From the NCBI GenBank assembly GCA_001029675.1, contig CP011210.1, forward strand, positions 193 to 64,192: a DNA stretch of 64,000 bases, given 5' to 3'. Under the pieces are notes generated by a model that was given only the letters and a program-made list of their open reading frames with translations, was not told the origin of the DNA and searched no databases. Source of the DNA: Candidatus Beckwithbacteria bacterium GW2011_GWC1_49_16 (GTDB lineage: Bacteria; Patescibacteriota; Microgenomatia; UBA1400; CG1-02-47-37). The position numbers and the translations under genes are program-made. Shown here piece by piece: positions 37,452 through 47,760 of this stretch. Position 1 is the stretch's first letter, and the number at the start of each line of letters is the position of its first letter.

Positions 37452-38678
37452 ATGGCGCAGTTTAAGTACTTAGTCAGTCTTAAAGGCGAGGAAGAGGCGG
37501 GAGTCTTGGAAGCCGACTCTTTGGCGGAAGCGGCGGAAAAATTAACCGAGCAAGGAGGGTATATTTTGAAGCTGGTGCCGCGGTTTTCCTTGGGGCCGGC
37601 AAGGGTAAGGCAGTGGTTGGAAGAGGCAATGGCCGCCGGAGAGGGGATGAAGGCGAGTGAAAAAATTTTGTTTACTACCCAATTGGGGTCGATGCTCAAA
37701 ACCGGGCTGCCGATAATCGAGGCGATCGAGGTGTTTGTGGAGGAAAAAGGCGGCGGCTCGTCGGCGTTACTGCGGCAAATCATGGAGCAGCTTAAAAGCG
37801 GCAAAAAATTGTCGCGGGCTTTGGAGAGATATGCTAAAGTATTTGACCGGGCTTACGTCAACGTGGTCCGTTCGGGAGAAACAATGGGGACTTTGGCTGA
37901 GAGTTTGGAGTATTTAGGGGATCAAATGAGGCGAGAGCACGAGTTAAAGGTTAAGGTTCGCTCGGCGATGATTTATCCGCTGGTGGTGGTGATTGCTATG
38001 GCGGCGGTGATGACGTTTATTTTGCTGTCGGTGGTGCCCAAGATCGTGATTTTTGCCGAGAATTCTGGAGCCCAGCTGCCGAGGATAACTGCCATAATGG
38101 TGGCGGCAACAGGTTGGCTTAATAAGTTTTGGTGGTTGGCGCTTTTGGCGGTGACCTTTGTCGGGGGTTTAGTTTGGAGATTAACCAAAACCAAGGAGGG
38201 CAAGAAGTTTTTTGCCGGGTTGGTTTTGAAGCTGCCGGTGTTAGGCAGCTTGGTGGCGCGCTACAACCAGGTGAGGTTTGCGCGGTTACTCGCTGGGTTT
38301 TATGCCCATGGGATTAGCGTCGAGTCGGCGTTTGAGATTCTATCTGAATCGCTAACTAACTATTATTACTCTGAAGCGTGTTTGAGGCTGAAGCAAAAGC
38401 TGGTGATGGGGAGGAGTTTATCGGAGGCGTTGGAGTCGGAAAAAAAGCTGTTTCCGCCGATTATGAGCCGGGTGGTTAAAGGGGCGGAGAGGACGGGGGA
38501 TTTAGACAAGACTTTGACCAGGCTGTCGACCTACTACGAACAGGAGTTGGAAACGGCTTTAAAGAATTTGACCACGATTATCGAGCCGGTATTGATCGTA
38601 CTATTAGGAGTCGGGGTGATCGGGATTGCGCTGGCGGTGATTGTGCCGATTTATCGAGTTACCACGCAACTGAAATGA
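37452..38678 (+). CDS. pilC: Type IV pilus platform protein (PilC/GspF)
   Basis: FTTQLGSML..G, SAMIYP, E.TGDLD, IIEP. Confidence 0.93.
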   Translation: MAQFKYLVSLKGEEEAGVLEADSLAEAAEKLTEQGGYILKLVPRFSLGPARVRQWLEEAMAAGEGMKASEKILFTTQLGSMLKTGLPIIEAIEVFVEEKGGGSSALLRQIMEQLKSGKKLSRALERYAKVFDRAYVNVVRSGETMGTLAESLEYLGDQMRREHELKVKVRSAMIYPLVVVIAMAAVMTFILLSVVPKIVIFAENSGAQLPRITAIMVAATGWLNKFWWLALLAVTFVGGLVWRLTKTKEGKKFFAGLVLKLPVLGSLVARYNQVRFARLLAGFYAHGISVESAFEILSESLTNYYYSEACLRLKQKLVMGRSLSEALESEKKLFPPIMSRVVKGAERTGDLDKTLTRLSTYYEQELETALKNLTTIIEPVLIVLLGVGVIGIALAVIVPIYRVTTQLK

Positions 38679-39106
38679 AGTCAAACGGTTTTACTTTTTT
38701 GGAAATTTTGGTAGTGATGGCGATGATGGCGACGATGGGGATAGCCGGGGTTATAACTTACGGTCGGGTACAGAGACAAGAAGAAATGACGGCAGTGGTG
38801 GTGACCGTAGCGGAAATTTTAGCCAGGGCTAGAGTGGGTTCGGTGAGCGGAGACAAGGATACCAGTTGGCGGGTCGATCTTCTGGCCAACAAGGCGGAGT
38901 TAAAGGATGGCTTGGGCAACTTGGTGGTCCAGTACAGCCTACCGGCAAGATACAGTTTGAGTTCGCCGGTGAGTCAAGTCGAGTTTGGGCGGGGTGACGG
39001 CCGGGTGGCCGGTTGTGAGTCGGGGTGTTTAGTCACCGTTAGCCAACTGGGGGGGAGTTTAAGCCAGAGCTTTCGCATTTTGTATTCAGGGGTAGTGGAG
39101 TACTAA
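38675..39106 (+). CDS. Minor pilin (FimT/GspH-like)
   Basis: G|FTFLE prepilin motif. Confidence 0.88.
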   Translation: MKSNGFTFLEILVVMAMMATMGIAGVITYGRVQRQEEMTAVVVTVAEILARARVGSVSGDKDTSWRVDLLANKAELKDGLGNLVVQYSLPARYSLSSPVSQVEFGRGDGRVAGCESGCLVTVSQLGGSLSQSFRILYSGVVEY

Positions 39107-39570
39107 TGAGGCGGGGTTTTACACTAGTCGAAGTGTTGGTAGCCTTGGCGTTACTTTCGACTTTGGTGGTAGGAGTGGTGACTTTGACCGGTTTATCCAC
39201 GAAGGCGAGCGCCACCTTGAGGTTGAAAGCATCGGCCGGAGCGATATTGACAAAAACGATGGAGGCGACGCTGGCAGTGAGAGCCTCAAACTTTGGCAGT
39301 TTGACCGAGGGAACTTTTCATCCAGAAGTGGTGGGGGGGAAGTGGGCTTTGACCCCCGGTAAAGAAACGGTGGATGGGGTAGAACGCTGGGTGGAGATTT
39401 CCCGGGTGCAGCGGGAAGTTTCTTGCGGCGGTGAAAGGGTGTGCCCGATCGTTGACAGCGGCGGAGTGGTAGACCCGGTTACTTTTAGAGGGAAAGCTTT
39501 TGTTTCTTGGAGTGAGTTAGGAGAGGTGAGACAAGAGAGTTTAGAAAGTTTGTTGACTTTTTGGAGGTAA
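39106..39570 (+). CDS. Minor pilin (PilV-like)
   Basis: G|FTLVE prepilin motif. Confidence 0.88.
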   Translation: MRRGFTLVEVLVALALLSTLVVGVVTLTGLSTKASATLRLKASAGAILTKTMEATLAVRASNFGSLTEGTFHPEVVGGKWALTPGKETVDGVERWVEISRVQREVSCGGERVCPIVDSGGVVDPVTFRGKAFVSWSELGEVRQESLESLLTFWR

Positions 39571-39572
39571 CA

Positions 39573-40124
39573 GTGTTAAGTACGAAGCTCGAAGCACGAA
39601 ATTCGAAAGCTGCTTTTAGCCTGATTGAGATTTTGGTGGCCCTGGGCGGGTTGGTGGTGTTGAGCGTTTTGGCGATCTCGTTTTTCTTTTTGACTTTGAC
39701 GCAAAGGGATGAGGCGGTGGCGGAATCTAGCGCTGTGGAGCAGACGGAGGCCGCCTTTGCCTTAGTGGGCAGGGCGGTGAGGGCGGCTCAAACCATCACG
39801 GTATCAGAGGCGGGGACGAGGTTGGAGTTAACCGGCGCCAGCGAGTGCTGGTTGTTTGATTGGGACGAAATCAATGGAGAATTAAAGTACGGCCGGACGC
39901 AAGGATCAAGCTGCAGCTTGCCGGCTGGAGCAGACGAGCGGGTGACCAGCCAGACGGCAGAAATAGAAAACGTCAGTTTCAGCTTGCTGGCGCCGGATGA
40001 TTCAAGTCGGAGCATAGAAATGACCTTAGGGGTGGCGGTTTTCCGCCCCTTGGCTTCGAGTCAACAAACGTTTTCTCAAGTGTTTGTCAATGTGGTTGAT
40101 GAGAGGGGAGAGGAAGATGATTAA
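39573..40124 (+). CDS. Minor pilin (PilW-like)
   Basis: A|FSLIE prepilin motif; probable GTG start at 39573. Confidence 0.85.
   Translation: MLSTKLEARNSKAAFSLIEILVALGGLVVLSVLAISFFFLTLTQRDEAVAESSAVEQTEAAFALVGRAVRAAQTITVSEAGTRLELTGASECWLFDWDEINGELKYGRTQGSSCSLPAGADERVTSQTAEIENVSFSLLAPDDSSRSIEMTLGVAVFRPLASSQQTFSQVFVNVVDERGEEDD
39576..39610 (+). repeat. Heptamer array in the prepilin leader
   Basis: TTAAGTA CGAAGCT CGAAGCA CGAAATT CGAAAGC. Confidence 0.8.
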
Positions 40125-41472
40125 GTCGGGGAATTCTACGGGGCAGGTGGCGTTGATCATCGTTTTTGGACTGGGGGTGTTGGGGGTGCTTTTGGCGGTG
40201 GCTTTTTCTCGGTTGGCGCCCCAGGCGGTGGTGCGGCAGCAGGCCCTGGCTGATTCGAGTAAGGCCTACTTTGCGGCCCAGAGTGGAATTGAAGAACTGA
40301 TGCTAAGGCTTAGGAGCCATCACAACTTTGGCGACAGTTGGGAGATGGTTTATCAGCTCGATAACGGGGCGGTGTTTTATGCTACCATTTCCGGTAATTT
40401 ATCGACTAAGATTGCTACTTCGACGGGCATGTTTAAAACTTATGTCAGAAAGCTTGAGGTGCAAGTAGCGGAGAGCGACAGCAAAACGTCATTTTTGTTT
40501 GCGGTTCAATCGGGTGAGGGGGGTTTTGAGCTGGAAAGAAACACCGTGATACGGGGTATCGGAGGGGCGGCGGGAAATGTTTATACCAACGGCGACATTT
40601 TGGGAGAGAATAAAACCAGCGGCACGTCGGGGTCAAAAATTTTGGGTCAGGCTTGGGCGGTGGGGAAGGTGAGCGGGTTGACGGGTGACACAAGCGGCGG
40701 AGTTTACATCCAAAGTGACGCGGCGGCCAACGAGCTGGTTAGGTGTGGTATAGGTGGGAATGCGCTGGCGCCGGCGGCTCCGGGACCGGGGTGTGAGTTT
40801 GAGGGCGACTTTACGGTTGCGGCTCCGCCGGAAGCGCTTTCGATAGAGTCAGTGGATACAGAGTTTTGGAAACAGCAAGCGGTGCAGTCGTCGCTGTGGC
40901 CGGGAAACTGCGTCATCCAAAGCGGCGGAGGAGTGGAGGATTGTTCGGGGGCGGATAAAAGGTTGGGGTCGGTTAAAATCGAGGGTGATTTGGTGGTCAA
41001 TTCCAACTCCAGTTTTACCTTGACCGGTCCGGTGTGGGTAGAAGGAGATTTGACGATCAACTCGAACGTCGATGTTTATGTAGATGACGCATTAGGCAGC
41101 GAGGGAGTGGTGGTGGTAATCGACTATCCGGCAAACCAATTTAGCCGGGGCAAAGTGGTGGTAGCAAGCAACGTCGATTTTTTCCAGACATCAGAGGGCG
41201 GGCCGGCGGTGTTGGTGACGACTAATACAGAAGAATCTTGCTCGGGAGTGCCGGCGGTGACGGCGGCCTCAAACACAACTTCGGTGGTGTTTTCGGCGCC
41301 TAGCGGCTGCGTTTTCTTTGAAAGCAACTCTTTCGTTAGAGGGGTGTTGGCCAACGCGGTCCACTTGTCGAGCAATTCGGTGATCGAGTACGACCCGAGG
41401 TTGGCGGCGGTGATTTTGACTACTGGTTTGGGTGGTTGGCAGGTGATTGGTTTCACCGAACTGGTAGAATAG
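40117..41472 (+). CDS. PilX-like minor pilin with C-terminal beta-helix-like adhesin domain
   Basis: G|QVALII, AYFAAQSGIEE, repeated V.GDL.(V/I)NSN turns. Confidence 0.8.
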   Translation: MIKSGNSTGQVALIIVFGLGVLGVLLAVAFSRLAPQAVVRQQALADSSKAYFAAQSGIEELMLRLRSHHNFGDSWEMVYQLDNGAVFYATISGNLSTKIATSTGMFKTYVRKLEVQVAESDSKTSFLFAVQSGEGGFELERNTVIRGIGGAAGNVYTNGDILGENKTSGTSGSKILGQAWAVGKVSGLTGDTSGGVYIQSDAAANELVRCGIGGNALAPAAPGPGCEFEGDFTVAAPPEALSIESVDTEFWKQQAVQSSLWPGNCVIQSGGGVEDCSGADKRLGSVKIEGDLVVNSNSSFTLTGPVWVEGDLTINSNVDVYVDDALGSEGVVVVIDYPANQFSRGKVVVASNVDFFQTSEGGPAVLVTTNTEESCSGVPAVTAASNTTSVVFSAPSGCVFFESNSFVRGVLANAVHLSSNSVIEYDPRLAAVILTTGLGGWQVIGFTELVE

Positions 41473-41476
41473 GTTA

Positions 41477-42922
41477 ATGCCCAAAAAAGCTGCCCTAGGA
41501 CTATTGATCAGTGATACTTCGTTGGAAGCGGTGGAACTTAATACGGCGCAAGGCAAGTTTTTTGTAAAGAGCTACTCGTGGTTGAAGCTAAAGCAGGGAG
41601 TGGTTTCCGGAGGCAGGGTGGTAGATGAGGCGGTTTTATCAGAGAACTTGAAGCTTTTATTAAAGAATGCCAAGCCGAGCCAGATGCGGGGGCCGGTGGT
41701 TTTTGGTTTGCCCCAGTCGCAAGTATTTTTGAAAGTGTTTAACATTCCCGGTTTTGAAGGCAAAGAAATGGATGAGGCGATCAATTGGCACGTTGGCTCT
41801 TTGGCGCCGGTTTTGCCCGGAGACTCTTATACTTCTTATGAGATTATTGGCAAAGCTAAGGAAAATCAGGTAAAAATTTTGTTGGTGGCGGCGGGGAAAA
41901 TAGCGGTTGACGGCTACTTGAAGACTTTTGACAAGGCAGGTATCGAGGTGGCAGCGATCGAGCCGGTGGCCGAGGCTCGCGCCAGGCTGATCGATCCGAA
42001 AATGCTTTCTGGTAAGACGGTGGTAAGCCTGCACGTTTATCGAAGTTTATTGGCAGTGGCGATTTTGACCCACGGCAAGTTGTGGTTTAGTAGCGAGAAG
42101 GTGATTTCCGGCAACGGGCGGGAGATTAATGATGCCGTAGATGAAATGGTCGGCTTTTTTAACAGTAAACGAGAGGGAGACGAACCGGACATATCGCAAA
42201 TTATTTACAGCGGCGACCAGCAAGGGGTGGAATGGGTTAAGGCGGCGTTGACGGGGAGGAGTCTGCCGGTGACTAAGGCGGAGGGCGGTATGGTTTTAAA
42301 AAAATCGACGGCGGTTGCCGACCTCACGGCAGCAGCCTTTGCGCCGGCTTTGGGGTTGGCGATGCGGGGCAGGGTAGAGCAAAAGGGTTTAGTAGACTTA
42401 CTGCCCGATTGGCCCACGAACAAACTCAAGGCCGGTAGATTAAAGCGGGGTTTGGTGGCGGCAGTAAATTTAGGAGCAGTAGCGGTGTGGTTAACGGTGG
42501 GGTTTTGGCTTTTTTTCTGGTGGCAGCTGACACAAAACAAGGCGGCTTTAAGTGAAAGGCTCGACCAGGTAAACCAGCTGGTAAACGAGCAGCAAACGAG
42601 TCAGCTTTCTTCATGGAAGCGGGAGTTTGACCAAATAGTAAAGTCAGCAACGTTGATCGACGATTCGCGGGTGGCGATGAGCCAGGTTTTGAGCAACTTG
42701 GCGTCGCTGACACCCTCGGGGGTAAGAATTACGGCTTTTGCTTACGAGGGGGGGACCAAGAAGTGGTCGATTGCCGGCATAGCCGATAGCCGGGAAGCGG
42801 TGCTAAGCTTTGACAAGTCTTTAGAGGATTCTTCCTTCTTTTTCGACCACCAGCTTTATTTTAGCAGCCTGGAAAGCAACCAAGGAGTATTGTTTAGAGT
42901 CAGCGGGGGCAGCAATGGTTAA
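41477..42922 (+). CDS. pilM: PilM-PilN fusion
   Basis: Actin-like PilM N-domain (GLLISD, GVV..G.V, PALGLAMR), then DLLP, TM and PilN-like TPSGVRIT...I.G.A.SRE. Confidence 0.8.
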   Translation: MPKKAALGLLISDTSLEAVELNTAQGKFFVKSYSWLKLKQGVVSGGRVVDEAVLSENLKLLLKNAKPSQMRGPVVFGLPQSQVFLKVFNIPGFEGKEMDEAINWHVGSLAPVLPGDSYTSYEIIGKAKENQVKILLVAAGKIAVDGYLKTFDKAGIEVAAIEPVAEARARLIDPKMLSGKTVVSLHVYRSLLAVAILTHGKLWFSSEKVISGNGREINDAVDEMVGFFNSKREGDEPDISQIIYSGDQQGVEWVKAALTGRSLPVTKAEGGMVLKKSTAVADLTAAAFAPALGLAMRGRVEQKGLVDLLPDWPTNKLKAGRLKRGLVAAVNLGAVAVWLTVGFWLFFWWQLTQNKAALSERLDQVNQLVNEQQTSQLSSWKREFDQIVKSATLIDDSRVAMSQVLSNLASLTPSGVRITAFAYEGGTKKWSIAGIADSREAVLSFDKSLEDSSFFFDHQLYFSSLESNQGVLFRVSGGSNG

Positions 42923-43418
42923 AAAGATATTGCTCTCGGTGGGGATTTTGGTTTCAATCAGCTTGATGTTGGTGGTGAGGAAGGAGTGGATAGCAGTCAG
43001 CCAAGTAGAAAGGGAAGTTGAGGCTAAGGCTGTTAAGGTTAAAGACCTTGATGCCTTGGTTTTCGAGCAGCAGTTTGTGGAAAAGGATTACGACCAGCTG
43101 AAGCGTTTTTTCCCTGAAGGAGAAGAGGGGGTGGCGCGGGTGGCAGAAAGTTTGGAGGCGATGGCGGCAAGTAGCGGAGTGGTGTTACGCTTAGAGTTTG
43201 AAGATTTTCCGGATCGGGTGGATATTGGTGGGGCGTATCAAACGGGCTTGGCGATTGAAGCGGTAGTGGAGGGCCCGTATCAGAGCGTTATTTCTTGGCT
43301 TAAGGCGGTGGAGGCTCTGCCTTATTTTGTCAAGCTTACCGATGTTAAAGTGGGTCCGCCGCGGTTGGGTGGGGGAGGGGTGAGGGCCGAATTTAGCGGG
43401 GTGATATTTTTAAGATGA
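42915..43418 (+). CDS. PilO-like protein
   Basis: TM, coiled coil, EGPY..V..WL..VE.LPYFV. Confidence 0.8.
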   Translation: MVKKILLSVGILVSISLMLVVRKEWIAVSQVEREVEAKAVKVKDLDALVFEQQFVEKDYDQLKRFFPEGEEGVARVAESLEAMAASSGVVLRLEFEDFPDRVDIGGAYQTGLAIEAVVEGPYQSVISWLKAVEALPYFVKLTDVKVGPPRLGGGGVRAEFSGVIFLR

Positions 43419-43702
43419 GTATGAGTGAAACAAATTATCAAGACGAAATTAAGTATTATCAAATCAGGTTGACGGTAGTGCTGCTCTTGGTGGCGGGGTT
43501 GATGGGGCTAGAGGCAGTGTTGGCTTGGCGTTGGTACCAGAACGAAAAACAAGCAGCGAAGCCGCAGGAAACGATGAGCCAGTTTCAGCGCCAGGAGTTT
43601 AATGGGCTGTGGCAAAGACTCAAGGAAAAGACGATAGAGGTTGATATTAACCAGGGAATTAGTTATGGTAGTCAAGTAGGAAGGCTAGAGCCTTTTGACT
43701 AA
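43415..43702 (+). CDS. Small membrane protein at the PilP position
   Basis: One TM; C-terminal GRLEPF. Confidence 0.7.
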   Translation: MSMSETNYQDEIKYYQIRLTVVLLLVAGLMGLEAVLAWRWYQNEKQAAKPQETMSQFQRQEFNGLWQRLKEKTIEVDINQGISYGSQVGRLEPFD

Positions 43703-43726
43703 TTTGAAAGGAGGTGAGAAAAGTAA

Positions 43727-44281
43727 ATGTTATCTGCCCGAATGAAGAAATTAACCGGTTTTACCTTGGTAGAGCTTTTAGTAGTAGTAGCGATTTTGGG
43801 GATTTTGGCAGCGATTTTGATTTTGGCGATTAACCCGGCCGAGGCTCAAAGAAAGACTCGAGACTCGACCAGAATTTCCGACTTGGCCACAGTCAGGCAA
43901 GCGGTAGACTTGTCGATAGCCAATGGAGCGGTGTTGCCGGGAACGACGGCGGCACCATTTTCCGGCGATTCGTCCGGCAGTCGGGACACGACGGCGGCCA
44001 CCAACTGGGTGGGCTTGGTCGTATCCGACTATCTGTCGGTACTGCCGATTGACCCAAGACAAAATGCTACCGACGCCACCAGGCTATCTGACGGGACAAC
44101 GACGATTGCGGCCGGCGGCATGGTGTACTCCTACGTTTCCGACGGGGACACCTACGAACTAAACGCCTTTTTGGAGTCGACTGACAACGCGGCTTTTGCC
44201 ACCAACGACGGCGGCAACCAGAACTTGCGCTACGAGATCGGCACCAATCCTGGTCTAGGATTATCCTCGACCAACCCGTAA
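43727..44281 (+). CDS. Major type IV pilin (PilA/GspG-like)
   Basis: G|FTLVELLVVVAILGILA, INP, RDSTRISDL, LPIDP; strong SD AAAGGAGGTGA. Confidence 0.9.
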   Translation: MLSARMKKLTGFTLVELLVVVAILGILAAILILAINPAEAQRKTRDSTRISDLATVRQAVDLSIANGAVLPGTTAAPFSGDSSGSRDTTAATNWVGLVVSDYLSVLPIDPRQNATDATRLSDGTTTIAAGGMVYSYVSDGDTYELNAFLESTDNAAFATNDGGNQNLRYEIGTNPGLGLSSTNP

Positions 44282-44307
44282 AACTACTACTTGATCGGTA
44301 GGAGTTT
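44281..44307. promoter_or_regulatory. Putative Rrf2 operator, copy 1 (upstream of sodA)
   Basis: AAACTACTAC-N7-GTAGGAGTTT inverted repeat. Confidence 0.7.
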
Positions 44308-44325
44308 ATTTGTTAGGCTTTGGGT

Positions 44326-44952
44326 ATGTTTGAGTTACCCAATTTGCCATATTCTTTTGACGCTCTGGAGCCGGCGATCGACGCTGCCACCATGGAAATT
44401 CACCACGGCAAGCACCACGCCGGTTATGTGAATAATCTCAACGCGGCCTTAGAGGGGAAAGAGGAGTTAGCGGCAAAGAGTGTGGAAGAACTGGTGGGAG
44501 ACCTTAATAGTGTACCGGAAGAGATAAGGACGGCGGTGCGAAACAACGGCGGCGGGCACTTTAATCATTCGCTTTTCTGGGAGATTATGTCCCCCTCCGC
44601 TAAAGCTACGGGGGATGCGCCAGCCGAAAAGCTCAAAGAGGCAATAGACAGAGATTTAGGTGGTTTGGTTAAGTTTAAAGAGGATTTTGCCAAGGCGGCC
44701 ATGGGCCGGTTTGGCTCGGGCTGGGCCTGGTTGGTTGTGGACGGCGGTAAGCTCAAAGTCGGTTCAACCCCGAATCAGGACAATCCATTGATGAAGGGAG
44801 TGAGTGAATTTTTGGGGACACCGATTTTGGGCCTGGATGTTTGGGAACATGCGTATTACATCCAATATAAATGGGAAAGGGCTAAATACGTCGAAAACTG
44901 GTGGAAAGTTGTGAATTGGGCCAAGGTGGGGGAGAAGTTTGCCGCGGCATGA
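44326..44952 (+). CDS. sodA: Fe/Mn superoxide dismutase (Mn-type signature)
   Basis: [34 protein letters not shown]. Confidence 0.95.
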   Translation: MFELPNLPYSFDALEPAIDAATMEIHHGKHHAGYVNNLNAALEGKEELAAKSVEELVGDLNSVPEEIRTAVRNNGGGHFNHSLFWEIMSPSAKATGDAPAEKLKEAIDRDLGGLVKFKEDFAKAAMGRFGSGWAWLVVDGGKLKVGSTPNQDNPLMKGVSEFLGTPILGLDVWEHAYYIQYKWERAKYVENWWKVVNWAKVGEKFAAA

Positions 44953-45191
44953 TTAACCCGCTGCTGGCAGCCAAGCTGGTTTTTGTTTTGGGGTGGACTA
45001 ATCTCGTAGGGTTGGCGATGGTGTTTTTGACCTGCCGCTGTTTTATTAGGCCCAAGCTGTTTGCCAAGCTGGTAAATTACAACTGGTACAAAAAGCTGTA
45101 TCAAACGCATTGCTGGTGGTGGTATTTGTTCTTTGGTTCGGTAGCCGCCCACGCTCTTTTAGCCCTTGGTGTCTACGGCAACCCGTTTTAG
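44949..45191 (+). CDS. Small two-TM protein with paired His (possible heme ligands)
   Basis: ATGA overlap with sodA; H-x13-H in [15 protein letters not shown]. Confidence 0.7.
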   Translation: MINPLLAAKLVFVLGWTNLVGLAMVFLTCRCFIRPKLFAKLVNYNWYKKLYQTHCWWWYLFFGSVAAHALLALGVYGNPF

Positions 45192-45874
45192 GCTAAGAAC
45201 AGGTAGGCGTAGGTAGCCAGGGTGAAGATAGTCCAGAGGGGGACCAGTTTGCGGGCGAGATTTTGGCCCAAGGGTTCGGAGAGGCGCACCAGAATGACCC
45301 ATGCGGCAAAGACGGCGGTGATGAGGCCGGTAGGAGGCAGGGGTTTGGGAGAAGAAGCCAGCCAAGTTTTCCAAGCCGAAAAGCGCAGGACGGTTAAGTG
45401 AGTTACGGCCAGGATAAAGGCTAAGCGGGCGCCCCAGTACTGGAATTGCCACCAGCGCTTTTTGCCCAAGGCGTTTACCACCCAGTTGATGGAGACAAGC
45501 ATCAGCAAAGCCATAACTATGAAGCTGGCTAGCCCCGGATAGGCCGACAGCGGCCGGGACTTAAAAACCCCCAACGGACCGCTTCGGGCTAGGGGAAACA
45601 TGACCAAATAAAGGTGAACCGCCGCCAGCCAGAAGGCTAATACCCCTAGCTCTTTGCGAAAGACCAGCCAGCGGTCAAAGCGGGCGTAAAGCCGGCTTAA
45701 GGGGCCTAATAAAAGCACCAGGCCCAGAAGGGTGATAGAGCCGGAGGCGAGGCCGAGGTTTAAAAATCTTAAGCTTACAGGCTTGCCGGCGGCGGCCAAA
45801 GTGACGACGCCGGTGACTAGACCCAAAGCGATCAAGAAAGCGATCAGGTATTGGCGCAGTGACTCCTTGAGCAT
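45188..45874 (-). CDS. Ferric-reductase-like TM domain protein (MsrQ-like)
   Basis: RKELGVLAF....H, LG.KRW..FQ, second TM His. Confidence 0.8.
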   Translation of the reverse strand: MLKESLRQYLIAFLIALGLVTGVVTLAAAGKPVSLRFLNLGLASGSITLLGLVLLLGPLSRLYARFDRWLVFRKELGVLAFWLAAVHLYLVMFPLARSGPLGVFKSRPLSAYPGLASFIVMALLMLVSINWVVNALGKKRWWQFQYWGARLAFILAVTHLTVLRFSAWKTWLASSPKPLPPTGLITAVFAAWVILVRLSEPLGQNLARKLVPLWTIFTLATYAYLFLA

Positions 45875-45914
45875 GTAAAAATAGTTTAGCAGATTGTGTT
45901 ATATTTTATTAAAC

Positions 45915-46127
45915 ATGTGTTTTGTGATGCCGCTTAGAGTTAAATCAATCAAAAAGGGAAAGTTTATCATGGAAACTGGAAGGGCAGTGGAGCAGGCGTT
46001 TGCCGGTAAAGTGAAAGTGGGCGATTATCTTATATGTCAACAAGACATGGCGGTGGAGAAGGTTAATCAAACGGCCGCCCGCGCCATGCGCCAGGCGATA
46101 AAAGGGGTAAGCGATGAACAAAACTGA
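45915..46127 (+). CDS. hypC: HypC/HybG/HupF family hydrogenase chaperone
   Basis: N-terminal MCFVMP.RV, VKVGDYLI, AVEKV....A. Confidence 0.75.
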   Translation: MCFVMPLRVKSIKKGKFIMETGRAVEQAFAGKVKVGDYLICQQDMAVEKVNQTAARAMRQAIKGVSDEQN

Positions 46128-47010
46128 CGGCGTGAAGCTGGCTTTGGCCACCGCCGGCTTTTCCGGGGCGGCGGTGTTTATTAATGGTCTAGTAGTTAAA
46201 GCCGTCGGTGACGCCCTGGTGTTTACCACCTTGAAAAACTTGGGGGTAGCCCTGGTGGTAGCGGCCATGCTTTTGAGTCGAGGCGTTGACTGGCGCCAAG
46301 TGAGACAAAACTGGTTTAAGCTTTTGGCGATCGCGGTGATCGGCGGCAGTCTGCCGTTTTATTTATTTTTTGAGGGGTTGAGGCAGGCGGCTTCGGTCAA
46401 CGCCGCACTTATCCACAAGACCCTGGTGTTTTGGGTGGCTTTGTGGGCAATACCGGTGTTAAAAGAAAAAGTATCTTTAAAGCAACTTTTGGCTTTGGGG
46501 CTTATCTTTGGTAGTAACTTGGTGATAGGGGGGTATCAGGGTTTGGTGTGGGGGAGAGGCGAGACGATGATTCTTGCGGCGACTATTTTGTGGGCGGTAG
46601 AAAACGTCATCGCCAAAGTGGCGCTGCGGCAAGTGGCGGTAGACACGGTGGTGGGAGCGAGGATGATTTTGGGATCAATTTTATTGCTTTTGGCCACTTT
46701 AGCTACGGGTAAAATGGGTTTGATTTTTAAGCTTAGCATCGGCCAGTGGGGGTTGACGGCGGTTTCGGTGGGGCTGCTTGCCGGTTACGTTCTAAGTTGG
46801 TATCGGGCATTAAAGCAAGCACCGGTGACGCTGGTGGCTACAGTCTTGACTTTGGCCACTTTAGTGACCAACGGACTGTCGGCGATATTTGTTACCCACA
46901 ATCTTAATCTTGGCTTTATATATCAGTCTGTTCTCTTGGTAGCCGGAGCCTGGTTTTTTTACACAGAAGCTAAAAGGTTGAGGGATGAAGGGCGTTTTGC
47001 GCTGCGCTAG
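46114..47010 (+). CDS. EamA/DMT transporter
   Basis: About 10 TMs, two repeats, LKEKV. Confidence 0.88.
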   Translation: MNKTDGVKLALATAGFSGAAVFINGLVVKAVGDALVFTTLKNLGVALVVAAMLLSRGVDWRQVRQNWFKLLAIAVIGGSLPFYLFFEGLRQAASVNAALIHKTLVFWVALWAIPVLKEKVSLKQLLALGLIFGSNLVIGGYQGLVWGRGETMILAATILWAVENVIAKVALRQVAVDTVVGARMILGSILLLLATLATGKMGLIFKLSIGQWGLTAVSVGLLAGYVLSWYRALKQAPVTLVATVLTLATLVTNGLSAIFVTHNLNLGFIYQSVLLVAGAWFFYTEAKRLRDEGRFALR

Positions 47011-47716
47011 GTATGCCTTTGCGCCCAACCGGTTAAAGTACTGCGGGCCGGATAAAAATAACCAGGTGGCGGCGTATTTGGCGGCAGGGGTGGAAGACGC
47101 GGGGTTGAAAGAAATTTTGGATGATTTTGCCGGCATGTACCCCTACCTGAAGTTAATTGGCGACAGCAATGGTTTGGGTCCGTTTGACGACAAAGTGGTC
47201 GAGGCCTACTGGATCGGCAGTAAGTTACTCGATGGGGTGGGGCTGAAGCAGTTTTATGACCATTTAAACGAGAGGCTGAAAAAACGGTTGAGCCTGGGGC
47301 AGTTGAAATGGGTGGTTAACAAAGTGCCCCAAGGGGCCAAAGCCCACCACAGCTTCCACGTGTTTAACATTTGGAATCGAACCGGGCACCAAGAGAGTCA
47401 ACATACGGTGAGCTCGATGGACGCTTGTAGAATCTCGTGGGGCGAAGTGGTGTCAAACGGTCAGCTAGGGCAGAGTGAACTGCGCCTCAAAACGCAAAAA
47501 TTAGTTTACGAAAATGGCAAGTTGAAGCTCGTGCCGGAGGTGGTGAGGCAGGTTAGTTGGCGGCTGGGGGACAAAAAGCTTATTTCCGGACTCAAAGCCG
47601 GCGATTTAGTTACTATGCATTGGGGCTGGGTGTGTGAGAAGATTTCGCTTCAACAGGCGAAAAACTTAGAAAAATACACCAAGTGGCATTTGAAGTTGGC
47701 GAATACTACAATTTAG
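46985..47716 (+). CDS. DUF6390 family protein
   Basis: ARYAFAPN..YCGP, PYLKLI, VVEAYWIG, HHSFHV, CRISWG, HWGWVC. Confidence 0.85.
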   Translation: MKGVLRCARYAFAPNRLKYCGPDKNNQVAAYLAAGVEDAGLKEILDDFAGMYPYLKLIGDSNGLGPFDDKVVEAYWIGSKLLDGVGLKQFYDHLNERLKKRLSLGQLKWVVNKVPQGAKAHHSFHVFNIWNRTGHQESQHTVSSMDACRISWGEVVSNGQLGQSELRLKTQKLVYENGKLKLVPEVVRQVSWRLGDKKLISGLKAGDLVTMHWGWVCEKISLQQAKNLEKYTKWHLKLANTTI

Positions 47717-47760
47717 GTTGGGCTCGGCAGCTATGGTATACTATAGGTTAGATAAAGTTT

